The notes under the pieces were generated by a model. It searched no databases. It saw only the letters and a program-made list of their open reading frames with translations, and was not told the DNA's origin. Shown piece after piece: positions 21,409-28,501 of a stretch of DNA of 64,000 nt (the stretch's first letter is position 1; each line of letters starts with the position of its first letter). Location of the stretch: positions 96,001 to 160,000 of IMG/VR virus record IMGVR_UViG_3300033121_000493; one strand, written 5' to 3'. The translations under genes were made by a program, and so were the position numbers. The DNA is from a virus. Taxonomy: Duplodnaviria > Caudoviricetes.

Positions 21409-21461
21409 ATGTAACTCTTCTACGTGTAGCTATAAAAAGAGTAGTATACACTACCAGCGTA

Positions 21462-22100
21462 CTAATTGTCAGCTGATAGCTTAGCGAATGATACCGTCTT
21501 TATACAAACAGTGGGGATTTCTACACTTACACCGCAGTGTTTTACTTTGTGTTCGGCATTACTGCCATCGCTTAAAAGAATAACTAGAGTGAAATCGCTG
21601 CCTATGGGCGGCTCAAAGTGTAAGTCATCGTCGCCAACTGTGGTGGAGAACACCAGCGTTATAAGATTGTCGTCGGCAATAACATCAGCCGGACGCGTTT
21701 TAAACTTACCAAAGTCACCAACCATAGTAACTTGCATAGGGCGGTCAGCATACTTTGGAAATGGCGTACCACTAGAAGTAGTTTCTTCTCTAACTACTAC
21801 CGGCGGCAGCACTGGCTGCGTGGCTACTACTGAACGTTTAGTGGCTGCTGTCTTTTTTTTAGCGCTGTTTTGTGGCGAAGGCGATTCAGACTCGGCCGAT
21901 ATAGTCGTAGACTGACCGATGGTCTGTAGCGGAATAGTGATTATGCCATTTGCCGAATTCATATCTGGCCTACCACCTTCTGAATCTTTATACGAACTAG
22001 GTATTACGGTCATACCTTGTTCGTGGTCTCTGTAATACTGGTTATTACGCTCTACGCCTTCAGCGCCTAACAGTGAACTTAGATCTTTCGCCGCTTTCAT
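21462..22100 (-). CDS. Hypothetical protein
   Basis: 212-aa ORF with GAGG RBS. Confidence 0.75.
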   Translation of the reverse strand: MKAAKDLSSLLGAEGVERNNQYYRDHEQGMTVIPSSYKDSEGGRPDMNSANGIITIPLQTIGQSTTISAESESPSPQNSAKKKTAATKRSVVATQPVLPPVVVREETTSSGTPFPKYADRPMQVTMVGDFGKFKTRPADVIADDNLITLVFSTTVGDDDLHFEPPIGSDFTLVILLSDGSNAEHKVKHCGVSVEIPTVCIKTVSFAKLSADN

Positions 22101-22191
22101 ATTTACCTCAATCGTGTAGCGCGCTACAGTCTATGATCCCTAAAAATTTGCCAACTGTTTAATCGTAGTTTTGCCCACTCGGGCTTGTGAC

Positions 22192-22261
22192 AGTAACTAG
22201 TATAGTGTCAGCCTGATTTGCTTCAAATAGGAAGCGTACAGGAGATACCATACTAGTTACT
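22192..22261 (-). ncRNA. Long imperfect hairpin downstream of tRNA-Lys (unknown structured element)
   Basis: Perfect 12-bp AGTAACTAGTAT/ATACTAGTTACT closing stem plus inner CCTG/CAGG and GCTTC/GAAGC helices. Confidence 0.45.
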
Positions 22262-22300
22262 ATACTCTACCACGCTGAATACGTCCAGCTGGCTACATAC

Positions 22301-22373
<73 letters not shown>

Positions 22374-22376
22374 GTA

Positions 22377-22430
22377 CCACACTGCGCGTAAACCACAGAG
22401 CCATTACTGGCAGGGAAAAGCACGGTGTGG
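22377..22430 (-). ncRNA. Inter-tRNA structured element E1
   Basis: 11-position terminal stem (one mismatch, one G-U), internal loop, GCCA-GUAA-UGGC GNRA hairpin. Confidence 0.6.
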
Positions 22431-22433
22431 AAA

Positions 22434-22506
22434 TAGGAGTGGGTGGAATCGAACCACCGACCTAGACTTTATAAGAATCTTGCTCTTACCACTGAGCTAC
22501 ACTCCC
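22434..22506 (-). tRNA. tRNA-Ile(TAT)
   Basis: GGGAGTG/CACTCCT acceptor; AGATT-CTTATAA-AGTCT. Confidence 0.9.
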
Positions 22507-22507
22507 A

Positions 22508-22569
22508 TTCATACCGCGCGTAGCGGGAAAAGGCCATTACTGGCCGCGACGTTGAATGCGCAGTATGAA
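22508..22569 (-). ncRNA. Inter-tRNA structured element E2 (paralogue of E1)
   Basis: 12-bp terminal stem UUCAUACUGCGC/GCGCGGUAUGAA, internal loop, GGCCA-GUAA-UGGCC hairpin. Confidence 0.6.
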
Positions 22570-22571
22570 CA

Positions 22572-22645
22572 TGGGCCTAGCAGGGCTCGAACCTGCGACA
22601 AAGGGATTATGAGTCCCCTGCTCTGACCAACTGAGCTATAGGCCC
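22572..22645 (-). tRNA. tRNA with CAT anticodon, Ile2-like (elongator Met not excluded)
   Basis: GGGCCTA/TAGGCCC acceptor; GGGGA-CTCATAA-TCCCT; overall resemblance to bacterial tRNA-Ile2. Confidence 0.85.
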
Positions 22646-22867
22646 AAAAAACCCCGTAACTTGCCCTAAAGCCCTAATAAGGCTTGCGTTACAGCAAGCA
22701 GCCACTACTATTGGAACAGGCTTGTTTGAGGCCGGTACAGGTAACGGGGGCGTCAAGCAAGATCGCCAAGACTATAATAGTGACAATATTGTCACACCCA
22801 GCTTTCTTGCTTGTTTCCTACATAACACTTGACCTACTAGTAACTATACGACTAGCAGGCTTAAGTC

Positions 22868-23290
22868 TCAACTGCGCCAAAACGACTTACACAGACTCGC
22901 AAAAGAAGCTTTAATACGATGCCACCAGGATGCGGATTTTTGCTTTAGTCGTTTTGCTTCGTCATCAAAATCGCCTAGTGCTGCGCCGAGGCATATAATG
23001 TTATGCCCGGCTAGCGCAGCATTGTAAGAAGTGTAACGACGACTACCAGATGCAATCTCGGCACCAGCGAGGTTATTCTCGTTACGCACAAACGTCGCTG
23101 TAGACCAGAGTACCGGGTCTCCTTCTACAGTAGAATCAGTAGCTACACCTAGAAAAATTGTACTGACTATAACGTGCTCGAAAAAAACACAACCTACATC
23201 AAATCTTCCAGTAGCACCTTGTGCCATAGTTAGCTGGGATGACGGAACTTTTACCGGATTATTATCGTCATCTAGTATGTAATAATTCAT
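22868..23290 (-). CDS. Conserved phage hypothetical protein
   Basis: YYILDDDNNPV ... VSTIFLG ... PVLWST ... RRYTSYNAALAGH. Confidence 0.7.
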   Translation of the reverse strand: MNYYILDDDNNPVKVPSSQLTMAQGATGRFDVGCVFFEHVIVSTIFLGVATDSTVEGDPVLWSTATFVRNENNLAGAEIASGSRRYTSYNAALAGHNIICLGAALGDFDDEAKRLKQKSASWWHRIKASFASLCKSFWRS

Positions 23291-23475
23291 ACGCGCCTAT
23301 TTGCAGCGGCCTGCTTTTCTTCTGCTAGACGTAACTTGATATCACCACTCAGTTTAAGAAGTGGGTAGATTACTTCTTCTTGTAACCGCCGCTTCTCGTC
23401 TTGTGTTAAGCCGTACAGAGACACCCCGGTTAGCTTAAAATATGCCTCTTGTAACAGCTGGTTGGCTAGTACCAC
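23287..23475 (-). CDS. Hypothetical protein
   Basis: 62-aa ORF overlapping the next start by 4 nt. Confidence 0.55.
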   Translation of the reverse strand: MVLANQLLQEAYFKLTGVSLYGLTQDEKRRLQEEVIYPLLKLSGDIKLRLAEEKQAAANRRV

Positions 23476-23478
23476 TAA

Positions 23479-23592
23479 TCACCGCTTAGCGCTGTGTAGT
23501 AACACAGCCAGCGTAAACGAACACGCGAAGATAATTAGCGTTATGGTTGTAATTGTAGAAACAACTTTCGGTTCGAAAAGGATGGTTGCCAT
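23479..23592 (-). CDS. Small membrane peptide (37 aa)
   Basis: MATILFEPKVVSTITTITLIIFACSFTLAVLLHSAKR; start placed just after tRNA-Gln. Confidence 0.4.
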   Translation of the reverse strand: MATILFEPKVVSTITTITLIIFACSFTLAVLLHSAKR

Positions 23593-23594
23593 AT

Positions 23595-23665
23595 TAGGGC
23601 TACCTGGTGTCGAACCAGGGACTGCTGGTCCAAAGCCAGCCGCGTTACCGCTACGCCATAGCCCT
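23595..23665 (-). tRNA. tRNA-Gln(TTG)
   Basis: AGGGCTA/TAGCCCT acceptor; GCTGG-CTTTGGA-CCAGC. Confidence 0.93.
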
Positions 23666-23675
23666 GAAAAACCCT

Positions 23676-23941
23676 GACTCATTTAGGTCACCTATAAATG
23701 TGTAAAATAATTACACGTACAGGTTGAACTGCTGCCAGTATGCGTATGCATCCGCTACTGGCACAACGAGTGACGCCTATATAAGTCAGGTACATAGTAG
23801 CAGACTGCGTGTTAATAGCTGTCTACTTTTAGGTCGACAGCTACACCGTAGTGGCTGTGCCAGTACGTCTTAAGTCTGCTACCTCTATAAAGTTGCAAGC
23901 ACTACGGTGCTGGATTTTTCAGCCGCACACCTAAGTGATTC
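23676..23941 (-). ncRNA. Unknown ~265-nt highly paired (pseudoknotted) RNA between tRNA-Arg and tRNA-Gln
   Basis: Three perfect 10-bp crossing complementary pairs, an 8-bp hairpin and an end-to-end stem; no ORF. Strand inferred from the flanking tRNAs. Confidence 0.65.
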
Positions 23942-23946
23942 CAACA

Positions 23947-24020
23947 CGTGCCCGGAGGGACTTGAACCCCCAGTTAGGGGATTAGAAATCCCCTGTTTTG
24001 TCCAATTAAACTACGGGCAC
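23947..24020 (-). tRNA. tRNA-Arg(TCT)
   Basis: GTGCCCG/CGGGCAC acceptor; GGGGA-TTTCTAA-TCCCC. Confidence 0.93.
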
Positions 24021-24042
24021 AATGCAAGCGGTCAAGAATCAA

Positions 24043-24580
24043 TCATGGCAATACGATCAAACCGTACATAGGACTGGAATTCATTATTGCACAAATCTTG
24101 GTAACTAAGTCTATATCAGACTGTAGCACCACCCATGATTTATGAATTCGACCGCCGCAATTAACACACCTATCAAAAACGAGCTCCGCACACATCAGCT
24201 TTACTACACCTGGCGTATCGGCGGTTATGCTATATGTGCTGTCAGTAAACAGTAAGGAATTTACTATCGCCACGCAATGCATACGCGTAATCACAGTATA
24301 CGGCAATTTGCGTAAAATGGCATTAACCTAGCTACAGTTTGCGGGCTAATGTACGGTATATATGATGCATACGATAGAGCAGATCTAGCCACATATCAGA
24401 GTGTAACTTTCCCCAGAAAGAGATGCGGTGGTTATAGAGTACGTTAAAGTAGTGGTTTGTATGTATAAGTATTGGATTTACCCAGTAATTAGGACGTTTG
24501 CGCTTTATTACACGGGTAGCTCTAGGAAAGATGGATGAGCGCCCATTGTACACGATAAACTTAACGGCTAGACTTTCCAT
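24043..24580 (-). other. Two short hypothetical ORFs (24043..24306, 24332..24580)
   Basis: Same character as the other short R/Y/I-rich ORFs. Confidence 0.45.
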
Positions 24581-24894
24581 GTAATAACAACGTTCCAGCC
24601 ATATTGTGAGCCGTAATCACAACTCTCGCAACCGCGATAGCTTATGTTATCGACATCGTCGATATCTGCTACATCATCACCAAGTGCTTCTTTGATGACA
24701 CCAGCAATAGACTTGTATTTGTCACGTACCGTAGGAACCTCGTACATTCTTGTGATTGTTAGCCTAGACTTATTTGGTTTATCGGTTGGTTTAAGATTTA
24801 ACTTCATGCCAACCAAGTCTGGATCTGACCCAAAATCTACATGCGGCTTAAGCAAATTATATAACTCAGTGCTAGTATAAGTACGAACTGCCAT
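24568..24894 (-). CDS. Phage hypothetical protein (GCESCDYG motif)
   Basis: 108 aa, GGAG RBS, C-terminal GCESCDYG. Confidence 0.75.
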   Translation of the reverse strand: MAVRTYTSTELYNLLKPHVDFGSDPDLVGMKLNLKPTDKPNKSRLTITRMYEVPTVRDKYKSIAGVIKEALGDDVADIDDVDNISYRGCESCDYGSQYGWNVVITWKV

Positions 24895-24925
24895 GCCCGG
24901 ACTCCATATAGTGATAAACCACGAA

Positions 24926-24998
24926 TGGGTGAGAAGGGAGTCGAACCCTCACTGAAGGGTTTTTAAAACCCCTGCCTCTGCCGTTGGGCTACCCACCC
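24926..24998 (-). tRNA. tRNA-Leu(TAA), short variable loop
   Basis: GGGTGGG/CTCACCC acceptor; GGGGT-TTTAAAA-ACCCT. Confidence 0.9.
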
Positions 24999-25013
24999 AC
25001 TACAAGAAATGAT

Positions 25014-25086
25014 TAGCGGAGGCTGGACTCGAACCAACGACCTCCAGGTTATGAGCCTGGCGAGCTACCGACTGCTCTACCCCGCC
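25014..25086 (-). tRNA. tRNA-Met(CAT), initiator-like
   Basis: GGCGGGGTAGAGCAGTCGGTAGCTCG resembles the tRNA-fMet D arm; CCAGG-CTCATAA-CCTGG has only two of the three G-C initiator pairs. Confidence 0.88.
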
Positions 25087-25098
25087 ACTAAGACAAAG

Positions 25099-25167
25099 TC
25101 GTGACACTAGGATTCGAACCTAGAACTTCTACGATGTAGACGTTTTGTTTCATTAAACTACATCACG
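25099..25167 (-). ncRNA. tRNA-like RNA with an anticodon arm 4 nt short (pseudo-tRNA or tRNA mimic)
   Basis: Acceptor CGTGATG/TGTCACG, D stem GTTT/AAAC, perfect T arm CTAGG-TTCGAAT-CCTAG, but anticodon arm TCTAC-ATC-GTAGA. Confidence 0.75.
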
Positions 25168-25171
25168 GTTT

Positions 25172-25242
25172 AGCCTTCTGTAGGAATCGAACCTACATCA
25201 GCTGATTACAAATCAGCCGTTTTGCCGTTAAACTAAGAAGGC
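25172..25242 (-). tRNA. tRNA-Thr(TGT)
   Basis: GCCTTCT/AGAAGGC acceptor; GCTGA-TTTGTAA-TCAGC. Confidence 0.95.
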
Positions 25243-25333
25243 GTCGCATCCAGTGGGTTACGTAGACCGCCTACGTTGAGGGCCACTGGATGGAGTGAGG
25301 AGTTTATCAATGCAGCAATTTGGAGTCAAACTG

Positions 25334-25870
25334 CTACACGGCGGACGTTGGCTCTGTGTTTTGTTGTGTTGTCTGGTCGGATTGCTCGACAGTTGGTTCA
25401 GCGGTGGAGCTGGCCTGTGGGCGCTCCGTGTTCATGAACGCAACAAACTCGTCGTTGTAGTCGTCGATCAGCGAGTCAAAGACAGCCCAGAATTTTGGTT
25501 CTTCTCTAGCCACGTGCTTAATATCTTGTAGTATTAAACTTAACGAGTAATCTTCTTCGACTGCGTATGCTCTTGCCAGGCAAAATAAATCAATAAACAT
25601 TCGTATGCGGGTCTCCGGTCGTACGGTGAGCGGCATACTATGAATCATAGTCTTCAATTCCAGTAGCTTTAACGTAACTGCGTCTTCAACCAGCGGCGGG
25701 TTGTCATCGTCTAGTTCCGATTTGTTACAAAGACAGAAATTGTCTGTTTTGTTACTCACGGCAAAACGATTTTCAATATCAATCATCTTAAAAGCAATGT
25801 AAACAGACAGTAACATACTGGCAACGGCGATAATAGCAAAATATATGTCCACCAACTCTCCTTTGGCCAA
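25334..25870 (-). CDS. Hypothetical protein with an N-terminal transmembrane helix
   Basis: IYFAIIAVASMLLSVYIAF. Confidence 0.7.
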   Translation of the reverse strand: MAKGELVDIYFAIIAVASMLLSVYIAFKMIDIENRFAVSNKTDNFCLCNKSELDDDNPPLVEDAVTLKLLELKTMIHSMPLTVRPETRIRMFIDLFCLARAYAVEEDYSLSLILQDIKHVAREEPKFWAVFDSLIDDYNDEFVAFMNTERPQASSTAEPTVEQSDQTTQQNTEPTSAV

Positions 25871-25894
25871 TAGCTAAAAATTTTGCGTGTGACA

Positions 25895-25933
25895 GAACAA
25901 ATGTAGCCCGCCCCCACACACGGGGCGGGCTAC
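25895..25933 (-). terminator. GC-rich hairpin, probable terminator
   Basis: 12-bp GTAGCCCGCCCC/GGGGCGGGCTAC stem followed by ATTTGTTCT on the minus strand. Confidence 0.55.
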
Positions 25934-26041
25934 GCTCAACACAGACAACAAAGTCAAGTTTGGCTGGTGAATAAACTTGAATAGTTCAAGCTATTACACA
26001 GTCAAACTTAAAAAGACGTGCTCGCGCCGTGGGTCGACCAA

Positions 26042-26077
26042 TTAGTTGGCTTCGTCAAAGAAATTGAAAGTTTTCAT
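26042..26077 (-). CDS. Minigene MKTFNFFDEAN
   Basis: GAAAGGAGGTTAGCC-ATG: perfect SD with 6-nt spacing. Confidence 0.55.
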   Translation of the reverse strand: MKTFNFFDEAN

Positions 26078-26160
26078 GGCTAACCTCCTTTCTACTTGAA
26101 AAAGGTGACAAAGCGACAGGTGGCACGCTTCAAGCGGTTCGTACCAAATGAACAAAGTAG

Positions 26161-26187
26161 CTACGCGTAACCGTCAAACATAGACAT
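26161..26187 (-). CDS. Minigene MSMFDGYA (or MFDGYA)
   Basis: TAGGAGGTGA-ATG-TCT-ATG: perfect SD. Confidence 0.5.
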   Translation of the reverse strand: MSMFDGYA

Positions 26188-26643
26188 TCACCTCCTATTC
26201 TTACGCTGCGGCGAAATACCGCCTACAGCTTGCTGCGTTTGCTTACAGGCTGCTTATGCCTGTAGCGCGCTACCGACAGGCCGGCAACAATACCGACAAA
26301 TCCGCCAGCAACACACCCAAAAAATGCAAACAAAGCCCACCAGCCGATGCTGACCGCTACAGGTAGTGTCATCACCGGCCCTTCGCGGCGGCTGCGATGA
26401 TGCCGAACAAGACCAGCAGAAAAATAAGCAGCGTGGACAGAAAACACGCGTCTGGCCACTCAAGAAGTGCCAACATGATTTGCTCTCGCATATGAGACGT
26501 GTTTGACGCCGAACTCAAACCCAAGAGCTAGCAATTTGGCAGCGCAAAAAGCCAACTCTTGGGTTTTACAATCTGCAATAACTACGCGCCCGAAAAAGGT
26601 AACCGACGTGTCGACTACCTCGAACGGCGCTACGTTACTACAG

Positions 26644-27684
26644 TTATTTGTTGCCGTCAACGCGGTCACGCAGCTCCGACACTTCATCGCCGAAGATGGT
26701 GTCGGTGCCGATATCGCTCGAAGTGCGCAGCTGGCCAGCGATCTGCGCGGCAACGTCATCGCCGATGATGGGGCGGTGCTCGCCAGCACTGCGGCTGCTG
26801 GCAACTTCGGTCCGATCTTGATTGTCATTCCGCCTGTTGTGACGATTGCTGCGGTTCGCAGGGTTGGTGTCGGCCCGCAACGTGTAGTCAAGCGAGCCGA
26901 TGGCCAGCTTCGCGGAAAGCTGATCGTCAGGGCGAATGTAGACCGGAGTGTTGACCTTGACATAGATGTTGCTGACGTCGTACACGCCGGAAGACCACCG
27001 AACCGGATACAGCGGGCTGCCGATGTGATCGACAACGTGTTGCGTGATCACGTGCTGCAGAAGCTTCTCGCTGTCTTCGGGATACTGCTGCAGAAGCTTG
27101 GCGAATGCCGCTTGTGACAACCGCGTCGCGCACGCATCGCTGAATGGCTTGCTGAGAACGCCGACAGGAATGGTTCCTTGCGTTTGCCCGGTGACAATTT
27201 GCCAGGCATCCCAGCGCACCACTTCCATGTTGAGCGGCTCAGACGCGGCCGCGCTGAAGTAGATCGGCAGATCACCAAACGGAGTTTCGATCGGCTGGAT
27301 CTCAGAGTCTTTGCCGAGAAGCAACATCGCCGAATCGTAATTGTTGTACGCGTGGCGCGCACGCGTACGATCGGTGATTTGATTGCTCCGCGCCGCCTCG
27401 TAATCCTGCACGATGAACTTGTAATCCCACCACTTGTTCCCGCGCAGCGCGAAAACGCCAGACGTGCCGACATCGAAGCGCAGGTAGCAGAACCGGTTCA
27501 CGGTGATGCTGTTGCCACGGACGCGGTCGCTCCCGGTGCTCTGTCGAGCGGACGGGGTAACGACGTCGATGAACATGGAAAACAGCTTCGAATCAGTGAG
27601 TCGGGCGATCCCGTTCACGGCACGCGCCGACAGCGCCACGAAACCAACGCGATTGATGAATTTGTCCGGAGCAACTGACGTCAT
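26644..27684 (-). CDS. Hypothetical protein with GC-rich codon usage
   Basis: 346 aa, AGGAG RBS, clearly higher GC than the rest of the window. Confidence 0.85.
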   Translation of the reverse strand: MTSVAPDKFINRVGFVALSARAVNGIARLTDSKLFSMFIDVVTPSARQSTGSDRVRGNSITVNRFCYLRFDVGTSGVFALRGNKWWDYKFIVQDYEAARSNQITDRTRARHAYNNYDSAMLLLGKDSEIQPIETPFGDLPIYFSAAASEPLNMEVVRWDAWQIVTGQTQGTIPVGVLSKPFSDACATRLSQAAFAKLLQQYPEDSEKLLQHVITQHVVDHIGSPLYPVRWSSGVYDVSNIYVKVNTPVYIRPDDQLSAKLAIGSLDYTLRADTNPANRSNRHNRRNDNQDRTEVASSRSAGEHRPIIGDDVAAQIAGQLRTSSDIGTDTIFGDEVSELRDRVDGNK

Positions 27685-27693
27685 GACAATCTC

Positions 27694-28020
27694 CTAGTGG
27701 CTATTAGCCACAATTACTGTTCCGTCGGCGGCGGTCAGCTTCACTTGCACTGTGCGAGTGATTTTAGGCTGTAGCCGTTGGCCTTGGAACATCAGCAAAC
27801 AGTCTGCGGAAATAATTGAAGTGTACTCTAAATAAGTACTAGCCATAGCGTCTACGTCATCAAATTCTAATACCTGTATATCGTTGTGGTTAACTACTAC
27901 TAAGTAGCCATGAAACAACGGTAATACAGAACTTGAGCTGGATTCTTGCGGCAATGCGTCGCCCAAACCAGATGAAGCTAATTGCTCATCCGGTTTGGGC
28001 GAACCGTCGGACTCCACCAT
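27694..28020 (-). CDS. Hypothetical protein
   Basis: Start moved to MVESDG, just after the upstream stop. Confidence 0.65.
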   Translation of the reverse strand: MVESDGSPKPDEQLASSGLGDALPQESSSSSVLPLFHGYLVVVNHNDIQVLEFDDVDAMASTYLEYTSIISADCLLMFQGQRLQPKITRTVQVKLTAADGTVIVANSH

Positions 28021-28021
28021 T

Positions 28022-28501
28022 TTACTTCCTTGGAGGCTTGGCAGGCATGGAGAATGTTCGTTTATTAGAATCACTCTTCACAGCCTGGTTTGGTTCTGGT
28101 TGCGGAACGCTCGGCGGCGTATCATTTGTGCTAGCAAGTAACTGGGCTACTTGTAGTCTAGCGCTTATGTCCACGGCGTAAGCGTCGTCAAGTGTCATTA
28201 CAGCTACAGCGAGAATCTCAGTGACCTGAACATACGTATCGCCGTTTTGCTGTATGACTAGAGAACTGGAAGTTATTACAGGACTGGTGCCTGGAGCAAC
28301 AGTCATTTTATTTTCGTCGGCCCACTTGTTGAACTCTTCGTCAACTGGTGGCTGCTCAGAGACAAGTTCCCACTCAGAGCCAGCGGCCCTGTAAACAGTT
28401 ACCGAACTTAACTTTATCAGTTTAATAGGCTTATTGGCTGCGCTAGAAAGCACGATCGATTCTCCCCCGGCTGGTAAGAATTTTCTGCGCACAATCAACA
28501 A
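28022..28501 (-). CDS. Hypothetical protein
   Basis: 159-aa ORF. Confidence 0.7.
   Translation of the reverse strand: MLIVRRKFLPAGGESIVLSSAANKPIKLIKLSSVTVYRAAGSEWELVSEQPPVDEEFNKWADENKMTVAPGTSPVITSSSLVIQQNGDTYVQVTEILAVAVMTLDDAYAVDISARLQVAQLLASTNDTPPSVPQPEPNQAVKSDSNKRTFSMPAKPPRK

Noticed and set aside
22377-22569. Theta (HDV-like) ribozymes after tRNA 3' ends
   Set aside because: The pairing is simply nested; I could not build the HDV double pseudoknot. A descriptor search would settle it.
23479-23682. 67-aa ORF spanning tRNA-Gln
   Set aside because: The N-terminal half is the tRNA; only 23479..23592 is retained.
23676-23941. tmRNA, RNase P RNA or group I intron
   Set aside because: No T arm or acceptor stem, no convincing tag frame, no GAGGAAAGUCC motif, and the flanking tRNAs are uninterrupted.
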